Positions 20,651 to 31,442 of a stretch of DNA of 64,000 nt are shown here, one piece after another. Origin of the DNA: an uncultured Gemmatimonadales bacterium (GTDB taxonomy: Bacteria > Gemmatimonadota > Gemmatimonadetes > Longimicrobiales > Gaopeijiaceae); NCBI GenBank assembly GCA_963823035.1, contig CAWGKG010000004.1, positions 160,001 through 224,000 on the forward strand, read 5' to 3'. The notes beneath the pieces were generated by a model, which searched no databases, was not told where the DNA came from, and was given only the letters and a program-made list of their open reading frames with translations. Made by a program: the position numbers and the translations under genes. How positions within the stretch are numbered: position 1 is the first letter of the stretch; every line of letters starts with the position of its first letter.

Positions 20651-22191
20651 GTCCCTGCCTCCGTCGCGTGCCCCATCGCCGCGCCGAGCACCGTCTCCTT
20701 GGTGGCGGACGCGCCCGTCAGCTCGGCGGCCACGCGGCCGCGGTGCAGCACGAGGATGCGGTCGCACAGGAGGAGGAGCTCGTCCAGCTCCGAGGTGATG
20801 AGGAGGATCGAGATGCCGCGCGCGACCCAGGCGCGCACCAGGGCGTAGATGTCGGTCTTCGCGCCGATGTCGATGCCGCGGGTGGGCTCGTCGAGGAGGA
20901 GGACCCGCGGCTCCGTGAGGAGGCAGCGGGCGAGGTACACCTTCTGCTGATTGCCGCCGGAGAGCGCGCGCACGGGCGCGTCGGGGGAGGGCGCGCTCAG
21001 CCGGAAGCTCCGCGTGATCTCGGCGGACGCCTCGCGGGCCGCACCGGCCCGGACCCACCCGGCCGGGCCCGTGAAGCGGCCCAGGCTGGCCAGGCACACG
21101 CTGTGCGTCACGCTCATGTCGGGCGCGAGCCCCTTGGCCTTGCGGTCGTTCGTGAGGAGGACGACCCGCTTCGCGATCGCCTCGGCCGGGCCGGAGGGGG
21201 CGTAGGGCCGTCCCTCCAGCGTCACCTTCCCCGACACCGCCCCGTCGGCGGCGCCGAAGAGCGCGTGGAGCACATCGCTCGCGCCCGACCCCTGCAGGCC
21301 GGCGAGCCCGAGCACCTCGCCCTCGTGCAGCGTAAGCGACACGCCGTCGACGAGCCGCACGCCGGGAACGGTCGGGTGGGCCACGGAGAGGTCGCGCACC
21401 TCGAGGACCGGAGCACCCTTCGCCGGCCGCGGCTCCTCGACCGGGCGGGTCTCGAGCGTGCGGCCCACCAGGAGCGCCACCAGGCGATCCGGAGGGAGCT
21501 CCGTGGCGGGTGCCGTCTCGACGCGGTGGCCGTCGCGCAGCACGGTGATCCGGTCCGCGAGGCGGTAGATCTCCTCCATCTTGTGCGTGATGTACACGAT
21601 GCCGCGCCCGGCCCGGCGCAGCGCCTCGATCCGCCCGAAGAGCGTTTCCACCTCCGGCTCGTTGAGCGCGCTGGTCGGCTCGTCGAGGACGAAGAGCGCG
21701 GCCTCCCTCGCCAGCGCCCTGGCGATCTCCAGCATCTGCTGCGTCGCCACCGGCAGCTCCGCCACGAGCTGGCGCACCGAGACGTCGAGCCCGGCCTCTT
21801 CGAGGAGGCGCGTGGCCTCCCGCTCCTGGGCAACGAAATCGACGCGTCCCCAGCGGTCGGTCCGCTCACGGCCGAGGAAGAGGTTGTCCGCCACCGTCAT
21901 GGTGGGCACCAGCGAAAGCTCCTGGTGGATCGTCGCGATCCCCGCGCGCGCCGCGTCCGCCGGTCCGGCGAAGCGACGCGGCGTCCCCCGGAAGACGACC
22001 TCACCGGAGAAGTCGGTGTGGACGCCCGACAGGATGTTCACGAGCGTGCTCTTCCCGGCGCCGTTCTCTCCGGCCAGGACGTGCACCTCGCCGGGGAGGA
22101 CGTCCACGTCCACGCCGTGCAGGACCTCCACGGGCCCGAACGACTTGCGGACGGCCCGGAGGCTCACGACGGCGGGTACGGATGGTGGCAA
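20647..22191 (-). CDS. Monosaccharide ABC transporter ATP-binding protein (RbsA-like, two NBDs)
   Basis: GENGAGKST, LDEPT, LSGGNQQK, LDEPTRGIDIGAK. Confidence 0.92.
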   Translation of the reverse strand: MPPSVPAVVSLRAVRKSFGPVEVLHGVDVDVLPGEVHVLAGENGAGKSTLVNILSGVHTDFSGEVVFRGTPRRFAGPADAARAGIATIHQELSLVPTMTVADNLFLGRERTDRWGRVDFVAQEREATRLLEEAGLDVSVRQLVAELPVATQQMLEIARALAREAALFVLDEPTSALNEPEVETLFGRIEALRRAGRGIVYITHKMEEIYRLADRITVLRDGHRVETAPATELPPDRLVALLVGRTLETRPVEEPRPAKGAPVLEVRDLSVAHPTVPGVRLVDGVSLTLHEGEVLGLAGLQGSGASDVLHALFGAADGAVSGKVTLEGRPYAPSGPAEAIAKRVVLLTNDRKAKGLAPDMSVTHSVCLASLGRFTGPAGWVRAGAAREASAEITRSFRLSAPSPDAPVRALSGGNQQKVYLARCLLTEPRVLLLDEPTRGIDIGAKTDIYALVRAWVARGISILLITSELDELLLLCDRILVLHRGRVAAELTGASATKETVLGAAMGHATEAGT

Positions 22192-22363
22192 GGCTCGGTC
22201 CTGTGGGGGTGGACGCCGGCGTCACAACGGACAGGGGAGGGGGGCGGTCCGCAAGGTGGCGTCCGGCGGGCCGGGTCGAAGCCTACGCTTGCCGGCCGCC
22301 CGATTCGCCACCACGATCCCCGACCCCGCCGCACGCGACCCGACCCGGGAGAGGAGGATCCGC

Positions 22364-22909
22364 ATGGAGACGATCATCGCCAGGCTGCTCGAGCGCTTCG
22401 AGGAGGGACGCCTCGACCGACGCCAGCTCATCCGCAGCCTCGCGCTCGCCGCGACCGGTGCGCACGCGCTCCGGGGCGCCACGCCGCTCGCGGCGGCCGA
22501 AGCGCCTGCGGCGGCACCCTTCGCGACGGCGAGCCTCGACCACATCTCCTACGCGGTGTCCGACTACGGCCGCAGCCGCGACTTCTACGTCGACCTGATG
22601 GGCTGGAAGGTGCTGGAGGACGACGGCGAGCGGCAGGCGCGCCTCAGCATCGGCGACGTGGGCGACATCATCATCCGCAACAACCGCCGCCCCGCGCCGC
22701 AGGCTCCCGCGGCCGACGGCCGCCCGCCCGTCACCGGCGTCATCAACCACATCGCCTGGCGCCTCGAGGCGTTCGACACCGAAACGGTCCGTGGCGAGCT
22801 GGAGCGGAGGGGGCTGAACCCGCGGCGGGACCAGGGCACGCCCGAGATGGACTACGACAGCTACCACATCCTCGACCCGGACGGGTGGGACCTGCAGATC
22901 AGCCGCTGA
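22364..22909 (+). CDS. VOC/glyoxalase-family protein with a Tat-like N-terminus
   Basis: SD GAGGAGG; LDRRQLIRSL; LDHISYAVSDY..SRDFY, INHIAW, DPDGWDLQI. Confidence 0.8.
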   Translation: METIIARLLERFEEGRLDRRQLIRSLALAATGAHALRGATPLAAAEAPAAAPFATASLDHISYAVSDYGRSRDFYVDLMGWKVLEDDGERQARLSIGDVGDIIIRNNRRPAPQAPAADGRPPVTGVINHIAWRLEAFDTETVRGELERRGLNPRRDQGTPEMDYDSYHILDPDGWDLQISR

Positions 22910-24221
22910 CGCGGGCGGCGCCCCGCCGGCCGAAGCGCCGATAGAGCGCCTCCACGCCGACGGCCAGGCCGACCATGCCCGCCAGGATGCCGAGGCGGGC
23001 GGGGCTGTCGCGCCACGTCTGGCCGACGAGCACGAGAAGGGCGAGGACGCACAGCGCGGAGCCGATCCAGGCGAGGGTGCGGCTCCCGCCGGTCTCGTCC
23101 GCGAGGCGCGCGTCGGCCGCGTTCACCGCCGCGAAGATCAGGAGGAAGCCGGCGGAGCCCATGGTGGACATGCTCGACAGGTCCGCCAGGTTGGCGAGCA
23201 GGAGGGCGCCGCCCGCCGTGATGAAGAGACCCTCCGCGGGGCGGTTCCAGATCTTCCGCTCGAGCTCGACGGGCAACTCTCCGTCCTTGGCGATGATGAA
23301 GCTCAGGCGCGCCGCGCCGTACAGCGTGGCGTTGATCGCCGAGGCGGTGGACAGCACCGCCGCCACCGAGACGAGCACACGGCCCGCGTCGCCCAGAAAC
23401 GGCCGAGCTGCTGCGGCCAGCGCGTAGTCGCGCGCCTCGGCGATCCGGTCGAGCGGAAGCGTACCCACGGTGATCAGGGCTACCAGCACGTAGAGCACGA
23501 GCACGAAGCCGACGGACGTGTAGAAGGCGCGCGGGAGCGTGCGGTCGGGATCCACGACGTCCTCGGCCGCGTTGGCGATGAGCTCGAAGCCCTCGTACGC
23601 GAGGAAGATGATCATCCCGCCCGCGATCAGGCCGAGGGGAGGGGTCCAGGTGGACGGGGCCAGACGCGCGGGGTCGACGCCCCACAGCCCCACGGCGATG
23701 AAGAGGAGGAGGATCGCCACCTTCACACCGACGATCGCGTCCTCGGCCTCGCCGATGAGACGGGCGCTCAGGAGGTTGAGGCCGGTGATGAGGAGCACGA
23801 CGGCGGTCGTGAGCGCGTGCCGCCAGAAGGCCGTGGCCCCGGACGGGATCAGCTCGGCTCCGTACACCCCGAAGGCGTACGCGTACAGCGCCAGCATGAC
23901 GATGTAGGCGATCCAGAGGAGGACGTTGGCGCTCCCGGTGTGCATCCCCGACCCGAAGGCACGGTCGAGGAACGACACGGTGCCGCCCTGGCTGGGGAAG
24001 CGGACGGAGAGGCGCGCATACGAGCGCGCCGTGAGGAGCGCGACGCCGCCGGCGAGCGCGAAGGCCAGGGGCGCACCTCCCCCGGCGAGCTGGACCGAAA
24101 GGCCCAGCACCGCGAAGATGCCCCCGCCGACCATCCCCCCGACCCCGATGGCGGTGGCTCCCCAGAAGCCGATACCGCCCTTGCTCCCGCCGTCCGAGCC
24201 GCGCGCGGTTCCTTCCGCCAC
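22899..24221 (-). CDS. APC-family amino acid permease
   Basis: GVGGMVGGGIF, FLAYEGFE, SAINATLYG; about 12 TM segments. Confidence 0.88.
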   Translation of the reverse strand: MAEGTARGSDGGSKGGIGFWGATAIGVGGMVGGGIFAVLGLSVQLAGGGAPLAFALAGGVALLTARSYARLSVRFPSQGGTVSFLDRAFGSGMHTGSANVLLWIAYIVMLALYAYAFGVYGAELIPSGATAFWRHALTTAVVLLITGLNLLSARLIGEAEDAIVGVKVAILLLFIAVGLWGVDPARLAPSTWTPPLGLIAGGMIIFLAYEGFELIANAAEDVVDPDRTLPRAFYTSVGFVLVLYVLVALITVGTLPLDRIAEARDYALAAAARPFLGDAGRVLVSVAAVLSTASAINATLYGAARLSFIIAKDGELPVELERKIWNRPAEGLFITAGGALLLANLADLSSMSTMGSAGFLLIFAAVNAADARLADETGGSRTLAWIGSALCVLALLVLVGQTWRDSPARLGILAGMVGLAVGVEALYRRFGRRGAARVSG

Positions 24222-24224
24222 CCG

Positions 24225-27200
24225 CTACGACCCGTCGCTGATCAGGGGATTGAGTCCGCGGTCGCGTAGCGTGCGGTTGAACTGCGCCAGATCGCTCTGG
24301 AGCAGCGTACTCAGCCCCTGCTCGGCGTGCTCGAGCATCTGCAGAAGCACCGCGTTCACCTCACCCTGCTGGTCGGTCGGGCGGAAGTCCGCCGTACCGA
24401 CGCCCCCGGCCAGGTGGGAGAGCTTCTCGACGACCTTCGACGGATAGCGTACGCCGTCCTGGCCGGTGCCCGTGGTGCGCAGCTGCGTGAGCTCCTCCTC
24501 CACCCCGATGAAGCGGCCCTCCAGGTCGCGCGCGGCCTGCACCAGGTCGCCCGCGTCCCCCTGGTCGGAGAGGACGGCCACCAGGTCCTGGAGCTGGCGC
24601 CGTACCCACTCGATGCGGTTCACGGCCCGGGCCGCCCGGTCGTGCTCCGCCGCGGAGGCTCTCGAGCAGCTCGGTCTGCGCGCGGATGTCCGCGACCGTG
24701 CCCTCGGAGTTCGGGTCCTTGCGCACCTCCAGGCTCCGCGCGTACGTGCGCCCGCCCACCTCGAGCGTGACCGTGTAGGTGCCCGGGGGCTCGAGGATCG
24801 ACATCCCGTTCGAGATCGTGCGCGTCCGCTCGGGGCCGAGGTCCATCCAGTCGGCGTACATCGGCGTGGTGCGCATCACGATCGCCGCGCTGTTCTCACC
24901 CTCCAGGTCCCACCACACGCGGTTGAGGCCGGCCTCCGAGGTGCCGCGCAGTGTGCGCACCACGCTCCCCGAGGCGTCGGTGACGCGCAGCGTCGCCTCC
25001 TGTCCCGCCGCTTCCGCGCCCATCCAGTAGTTGAGCGACGCGCCGTAGGGCGGGTTGTCCCCGTTCGTCCAGTCGTTGGGCGCCTCGAACGGATCCGTCA
25101 CCTGCTGGAAGCGGTACGCGGCGCGCGGCTCGAAGAGGTACGCCGTGGAGGCGCGCACCTCCGGCGTGAGCTGCTGCAGCGGCGTCACGTCGTCGAGAAT
25201 CCAGAAGCCGCGGCCGTAGGTGGCGATCGCCAGGTCGTTGAAGTGCTCCTGCACCACCAGCCCGTACATCGGCGCCGGTGGGAGGTTGTTGACGAGCGCC
25301 TGCCAGTTCGCGCCGTCGTCGAAGGAGACGTAGACGTGGTTCTCGGTGCCCAGGTAGAGAAGGCCGGGCCGCACCGGGTCCTCCTCGATGTCGCGCGTGA
25401 AGCTGAGGACGTGGTCGGGCAGGCCGGCGGTGATCTTCGTCCAGTGGGCGCCGTAGTCGGTCGTCCTGTAGGCGTAGGGCGCGAAGTCACCCTCCAAGTG
25501 CGCCTCGACGACCAGGTACGCCTTGCCGGCGTCCCATTTCGAGGCGTCGATGCCGCGCACCACGCCGTTCGTCGGCCACTCCGGGAAGTTGGCGGTGACG
25601 TCCGTCCAGTGGGCACCGTCATCGCGGCTCACGTGCACCTTGCCGTCGTTCGAGCCCGCGTAGAACACGCCCTGCTGCGCGGGCGACTCGTCGAAGGCGT
25701 AGATCACGCAGCAGTACTCCACGCCGATGTTGTCCGGCGTCAGCCCGCCGCTGATCCCCATCTTCGTGGTGTCGTTCGTCGTGAGATCGGGGCTGATGAC
25801 GTCCCAGCTCTGGCCGCCGTTCGTCGTCCGATGCACCACCTGGCTGGTCACGTAGAGCGTGTTGTGGTCGTGCGGCGAGACGAGGAGGGGGAACGTCCAC
25901 TGGAAGCGGTACTTCACGTCCTTCGCGGGCACGCCCCCCGTGCTCTCGGGCCACACCTCGACGTTGCGGAACTGGCCGGTGCGCGCGTCCCAGCGCACGA
26001 CGATGCCGCCGCGCGCGCCCGAGCCCGACGCGCTCGACCAGACGATGTCCGGGTCCGTCGGGTCGGGCGTGGCGAAGCCGCTCTCGCCGCCGCCCACCGA
26101 GCGCCAGTCGCCGCGCGGGATGGCGCCGCGCGTGCCGCCGTAGCGCGTGTTGCTCGGTCCGCGCGCCGAGGGACCGTCCTGCCGGTTGCCCATCACGTGG
26201 TAGGGAATCGCGTTGTCCACCGTCACGTGGTACATCTGCCCGATCGGCAGCTGCACGCGGTGCCAGGTCTCCCCGCGGTTCGTGGAGATCGACAGGCCCT
26301 GGTCGTGGACGACGATCTGACGATCCCCGTCCAGCGGGTCGATCCACATGTCGTGGTGGTCGCCGCCGGGGCGCCGCGGTCCCTGCTCGACCTGGTAGGT
26401 GGTGCCGCCGTCCAGCGTGCGCGAGTAGGCCGCGGCCAGGAAGTAGACCTCGTCGGGGTCGTCCGGGCTCACGCGGCACTGGTTGTAGTAGGCGGTGCGG
26501 CCGCCGAGATCGCGGCTGTTGTTGCGCAGCTCCCAGGTTGCGCCCCCGTCCGTCGAGCGCCACAGCTCGCCGGTGTCGGTGGGCTGCCCATGCACGGGCA
26601 CGCCGTCGCCCGTCTCGATCATCGCGTACACCACGCGCGAGTCGGCGCGCGTCATGCACACGTCCACCTTCCCGATGGGCGGCTTCGGGAGGCCGTGGCC
26701 CGAGAGCTTCGTCCACGTGTCCCCGCCATCGCGGGACGCGTAGACGCCCGAGCCCGGGCCGCCGCTCTCCCGCCCCCAGTGGTGCATCTCGACCGTCCAC
26801 ATCCCCGCGAAGAGGACGCGCGGGTTGTTCGGGTCCATCATCAGGCTCGATGCGCCCGTGTTCTCGTCGACGAAGAGCACCTGTTCCCAGGTGGCACCCC
26901 CGTCGCGCGTCCTGTAGATGCCGCGCTCGTGCTGCGGTGCGTGCGCGTGCCCGAGCGCGGCCACGTACACGACGTCCGGGTTCGACGGGTGGATCACGAT
27001 CCGGCTGATGCGCCCGGTCTCCGGCAGCCCCATGTGCGTCCAATTCCCGCCGCCGTCCGTCGACTTGTACACGCCGTCCCCCACGCTGACGTTCGAGCGC
27101 AGGTGCGGCTCGCCCGTACCCGCCCACACGACCTGCGGGTCGGAGGGCGCGACGGCGAGCGCGCCGATCGCCTCCACCTCCTGGTCGTCGAAGAGCGGGC

Positions 27201-27441
27201 GCCAGGAGATGCCCGCGTCGTCGCTCTTCCAGATGCCGCCGGACGCCGCTCCCACGTAGTAGGTGGAGGGATCGCCGGCGACGCCCGCCACCGAGGAGAT
27301 GCGGTTGCCCTGGGGTCCGATGTAGCGGTAGCGGAGCGCGTCGAGCTGGTCCGCGGGGACGGTCTGGGCCTGGGTGCTCGCGGCGAACGCGAGGAGGACT
27401 CCGGCCAGCGCAGCCGGGAGGATGGGGCGACGGGCGGACAT
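24225..27441 (-). CDS. Secreted BNR/Asp-box (VPS10/sortilin-like) beta-propeller glycosyl hydrolase, one frameshift
   Basis: Signal peptide; repeated S/TxDGGxTW Asp-boxes; YRFQWTFP, ISPDLT, ATYGRGFWILDD. Shift near 24650 into the C-terminal helical domain. Confidence 0.85.
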
Positions 27442-27592
27442 GGATACGGCTCCTGCTTCCGGGCGCGGAAGGGTCAACGCGATCTATGCGCTCGGGCGCA
27501 CCGGGCGCCCGCGATCGTCCCTGCGGCGATGCTGTGGCAGGCGGTCAATAGGCGGTTGCGGGCGGGTGCCTGCAAGAGCCGCCCGGCGACCG

Positions 27593-28115
27593 TCAGGATC
27601 CCCGATGCAGCTCGGAGTGCGGGGGAGCGCCCGCCCGAAGCGCCTCGACCCGGTCCCGCAGCTCGGCCGCAACCGGACTCGAGCGCCAGGGAAGCAGCCA
27701 TCCCTCACGCCCGCGGGGGATGAAGCGGAGGGTGTCGCCGATCGGGGTCTGCCGCGAAAGGCGCACCTTCACCCATTTGAGCTTCTGCATACGGGTTTCC
27801 GCGACCTCTTCCACGTCCTGCAGCCGCACACGGACCCCACGTCGGGGGTCGTCGACGATGAGCATGTCGCCGTCGAGCCATACGTGGCGAAAACGGCCGA
27901 ACCACCAGTGCTGGGCCGCGGAGCCGAACACGGCCACGCCGAGGATGCCCCAGCGGACGGCCGGCTCGGATGCCTCCGGGCCCAGACAGGCCGAGCCAGG
28001 CACCCACGGTCACCGCGCCGGCGAGGAGGGTGAAGGCCCAGGGAGCGACACGAGCCATGACCACCGTCGACACCGACGTCAGCGGGACGGGGGCCGGAAC
28101 ACGGGTCGGGTTCAA
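27593..28115 (-). CDS. Hypothetical two-TM membrane protein, one apparent frameshift
   Basis: Two hydrophobic helices in adjacent frames (shift near 27985) followed by a soluble domain. Start codon uncertain. Confidence 0.5.
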
Positions 28116-28206
28116 GGTCGAGCTCGCTGCTGGGGGCGTGGAAGGCCTTCCCGTCCTACGGGCGGGTGTGCGATCCCCTTCATGGACGCGCCGCCGACCC
28201 CGGCAC

Positions 28207-28232
28207 GCAACCTTTCGGGCGCGACCCTCGTC
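28207..28232 (+). promoter_or_regulatory. Putative ECF-sigma promoter (GCAACC-N16-CGTC)
   Basis: Ends 35 nt upstream of ATG 28268; exact 16-nt spacer. Confidence 0.5.
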
Positions 28233-28267
28233 AGAGTAGACAAGGACCCGGGACAGGAGGTGGACGG

Positions 28268-28789
28268 ATGCGTGGATTGGGGACGGACGTGTTGGCGGTG
28301 GCGTGCATCGTGGGTGGGGCGGCGGTAGGTGGTGGAGCCACGCTGGCTGCGTTGCGGGACGGGGCGCCCCAGCGTTGCGAGACGCAGACGATCGCGATCC
28401 CGCGGGTGGCGGTGCGCGTGGGTGGGGGACGGGACGTGGTGGTCCGGCCCCGGGTCGTACGGGTGGAGCACGGCCACGGATGCGCGACGGTGGTGGTGGG
28501 GGAGGACGTGAACGTGCGCCTCGACGAGGCGCGTGCGCGCGTGGAGGTCGCGAGGATGCGGGTCGAGCGCGCGCGAGAGCAGGTCGACGCCGTCCGGGTG
28601 CGGGCGGACGAGGCCCGCCAGCGCGCGGACGAGATGCGGGCGCGGGCGGATGCGATGCGGCAGGTGATCGAGGAGACGCGCCTGCAGGCCGAGGTCCCGA
28701 CGGACGAGATCCGGGCGAAGGTCCAGCAGGAGCTGTCCCGGATCGAGAAGGAGCTGGCGCGGCTGGACGGGGGCGGGGACGGGCGGTAG
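28268..28789 (+). CDS. Hypothetical protein with an N-terminal TM helix and a C-terminal coiled coil
   Basis: SD AGGAGG; hydrophobic N-terminus; R/E/A-rich heptad region; followed by a terminator. Confidence 0.7.
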   Translation: MRGLGTDVLAVACIVGGAAVGGGATLAALRDGAPQRCETQTIAIPRVAVRVGGGRDVVVRPRVVRVEHGHGCATVVVGEDVNVRLDEARARVEVARMRVERAREQVDAVRVRADEARQRADEMRARADAMRQVIEETRLQAEVPTDEIRAKVQQELSRIEKELARLDGGGDGR

Positions 28790-28812
28790 GGGCCGGCAGA
28801 CACGGCTCCTTC

Positions 28813-28850
28813 GGGGCCCCGGGCGGCTGCGACCGCCCGGGGCCCCTTTT
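28813..28850 (+). terminator. Rho-independent terminator
   Basis: 14-bp perfect stem GGGGCCCCGGGCGG / CCGCCCGGGGCCCC with a 6-nt loop, then TTTT; lies between convergent genes. Confidence 0.85.
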
Positions 28851-28871
28851 CGTTCCTCCGACCCGGACGCG

Positions 28872-31349
28872 TCAGTATTCCGCGCGCAGCGCCTCCGTCG
28901 GATCCACGCTCGCCGCCCGGTGCGCCGGAATCCAGCTCGCCAGGAGCGCGATGAGCGAGAGCACCACGGCCACGCCTCCGAAGGTCAGCGGATCGACGGG
29001 GCTCACGCCGAAGAGGAGCGATGCCATGAGCCGCGTCAGCCCGAGCGCGGCCGCCAGCCCGACCGCGACGCCCACCAGCGCGAGCCCGCCGGCCTGGCGG
29101 AGCACCATGCGCGTGACCATGCCCTTCTCGGCGCCCATGGCCATGCGCACGCCGATCTCGCGCGTGCGCTGCGCCACCACGTACGAGATGACGCCGTAGA
29201 TGCCGACCGCCCCGAGGAAGAGGGCGACGGCGGCCGCGATCGCGAGCATGATGAGCGTGAAGGACGTCTGTGCCGTCGATCCGCTCACGAGCTCGGCGAG
29301 CGTGCGCACGCGGGCCAGGGGGAGGTTCGGGTTCACGCCCCACACCGCCTGTCTCGCCGCCGAGAGGAGGGCGTCCGGATTGCCGCTCGCCGCGCGCACC
29401 GCGTAGGCCATGGACCGCTGCGACATCGGGCCGTCCTCGCCCCAGAAGTTCTCCACGAGCTGGGGCCAGTAGACGACGGTCACCGGATCCCTTCCCATCC
29501 CGTCGTCACGCACGTCCCCGACGACGCCGATGACCTCGTACCACGGGTTGTCGTCGCCGATGCCCGCCTGACGCACACGCTTGCCGATGGCCGCCGCCGG
29601 GTCGTCGAATTCGGCGCGCGCCAGGTTCTCCGAGAGCAAGACCACCTTGGCGCGGTCGCTCACCTCCTGCCAGGTGAGGTCGCGCCCCGCGAGCAGGCGG
29701 TTGCCCATCGTGGCGAAGTAGCCGGGGCCGATCCACTTGTAGCGCCGGATCGGAGGAAGCTGGCCGGGCTCGGCCGGATGGTCCTCGCTCTCCAGCGGGT
29801 CGCTGCTGTCCCACCCGTCCATCGTCACGGAAGAGCTGATCGCCGCGGACGCGACGCCCGGGATGGCCTGCACGCGGCGCAGGATCTCCTGGTGGGTCTG
29901 GGCGACCACCACCGGGTCTTCGACCTCGGCCTCGGGGATGCTCACGCGGAAGGTGAGCACCTGGTCCGGATCGGTGAAGCCGGGGTCCACCGCGCGCAGC
30001 GCCTGGAAGCTCCGGATCATGAGCCCGGAGCCCGCGAGGAGCACGAGGGCCAGCGCCATCTGCGCCACCACCAATCCGTTGCGCGCCAGGTGCCGCTCCC
30101 GCCCGGCGCTGCCGCCTCGCCCGCCCTCCTTGAGCGCCGCGACCAGCTTGGGCGAGCCGTAGCGAAGGGCGGGGAAGAGGCCGAAGAGGACGCCGGCCAA
30201 CACGGACACCGCGAAGGTGAAGCCGAGCACGGGGAGGTCGATGCCGATCTCGCTCAGGCGGGGCAGGCTCTCCGGACCGAGCGCGACCAGGAGCTTCAGC
30301 CCGACCCAGGCGAGCGCGAGCCCCAGGGCGCCGCCCACGACGCCGAGCACCACGCTCTCCAGGAGGAGCTGGGCCGTGACCTGACCCCGTCCCGCCCCCA
30401 TCGCGGTGCGCACAGCCAGCTCCCGCTGCCTCCCCTCGGCACGCACGATGAAGAGGTTGGCCACGTTGGCGCACGCGATGAGCAGCACGATGGCCACCGT
30501 GCCGAGGAGCACCCACAGCACGTTGCCGACGTTGCCCACCACGTCCTGCTTGAGCGGCCGCACCGCCGCCGCGAAGTGCGCCTGGTCGAGCATGGTCTGC
30601 GTGATGCCGCCGGGGAAGCGCTCCACGGCCATCGGCACCATCCGCTCGATGTCCGCGTCGGCCGACTCGATCGTGGCGTCCGGCCGCAGCTTCCCGATGG
30701 CCTGGTAGCTGAAGTTGCCGACGAACACGTGCGCGCGGTCGAAGCGGAGGGGGAGGTAGAGGTCCGGCTCGAAGGCCAGGAAGTGGAAGGCCTCCGGGAG
30801 CACGCCGATGATCTCGCGCGCGCGGCCGTTCACGGTGAGCGTGCGTCCGATCACGGAGGGATCGGCGCCGAAGCGACGGCGCCAGTACCCGTGGCCGAGG
30901 ACGACGGTCTCCGGCGTGTCGGGAGTGTCGTCCTCCGCGGTGAAGGTGCGCCCGATCGCGGGCTCGACGCCGAGCATCGGCAGCGTCTGGTAGGTGACCG
31001 ACATGACGTCCACCTGCTCCGGCTCGGCGAGGCCGGTGACCGACGCCTGTCCGTTGTCCCACATCCCCACGCTCTCGAACGTCCGGCTCTCCTCCGCGTA
31101 CGTGAAGTGCAGGGCGGGGGACTGGTTCACCTCGTCGAAGCCCAGGCCGGGCGCGGTGTGCCAGATCCCGACCAGCCTGTCCGCGTCCTTGAAGGGCAGG
31201 GGCCGGAGGAGGACGCCGTCCACCACGCTGAAGATGGCGGCGTTGCTCCCGATGCCGACCGCGAGGGTCAGGACGGCCACCGCGCTGAAAAGCGGGGCAC
31301 GCAGGAGCTTGCGAACGGTGTAGCGGAGTTGCTGGGCGAACTGGTCCAC
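28872..31349 (-). CDS. ADOP-type duplicated MacB/FtsX ABC permease
   Basis: [74 protein letters not shown]. Confidence 0.92.
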   Translation of the reverse strand: MDQFAQQLRYTVRKLLRAPLFSAVAVLTLAVGIGSNAAIFSVVDGVLLRPLPFKDADRLVGIWHTAPGLGFDEVNQSPALHFTYAEESRTFESVGMWDNGQASVTGLAEPEQVDVMSVTYQTLPMLGVEPAIGRTFTAEDDTPDTPETVVLGHGYWRRRFGADPSVIGRTLTVNGRAREIIGVLPEAFHFLAFEPDLYLPLRFDRAHVFVGNFSYQAIGKLRPDATIESADADIERMVPMAVERFPGGITQTMLDQAHFAAAVRPLKQDVVGNVGNVLWVLLGTVAIVLLIACANVANLFIVRAEGRQRELAVRTAMGAGRGQVTAQLLLESVVLGVVGGALGLALAWVGLKLLVALGPESLPRLSEIGIDLPVLGFTFAVSVLAGVLFGLFPALRYGSPKLVAALKEGGRGGSAGRERHLARNGLVVAQMALALVLLAGSGLMIRSFQALRAVDPGFTDPDQVLTFRVSIPEAEVEDPVVVAQTHQEILRRVQAIPGVASAAISSSVTMDGWDSSDPLESEDHPAEPGQLPPIRRYKWIGPGYFATMGNRLLAGRDLTWQEVSDRAKVVLLSENLARAEFDDPAAAIGKRVRQAGIGDDNPWYEVIGVVGDVRDDGMGRDPVTVVYWPQLVENFWGEDGPMSQRSMAYAVRAASGNPDALLSAARQAVWGVNPNLPLARVRTLAELVSGSTAQTSFTLIMLAIAAAVALFLGAVGIYGVISYVVAQRTREIGVRMAMGAEKGMVTRMVLRQAGGLALVGVAVGLAAALGLTRLMASLLFGVSPVDPLTFGGVAVVLSLIALLASWIPAHRAASVDPTEALRAEY

Positions 31350-31390
31350 GGATCCCCTCCCCTTCGGTCACGTCGCTCGACGCGAGGCCC

Positions 31391-31416
31391 TACGCGGGGT
31401 CCGGAGGCGTGGTTTC
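31391..31416 (-). promoter_or_regulatory. Putative ECF-sigma promoter (GAAACC-N16-CGTA) for the ADOP permease
   Basis: Minus strand GAAACC at 31416-31411, 16-nt spacer, CGTA at 31394-31391, about 40 nt before the start codon. Confidence 0.5.
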
Positions 31417-31442
31417 GCGGCCGTCGGGCGGCCGCTACGACC

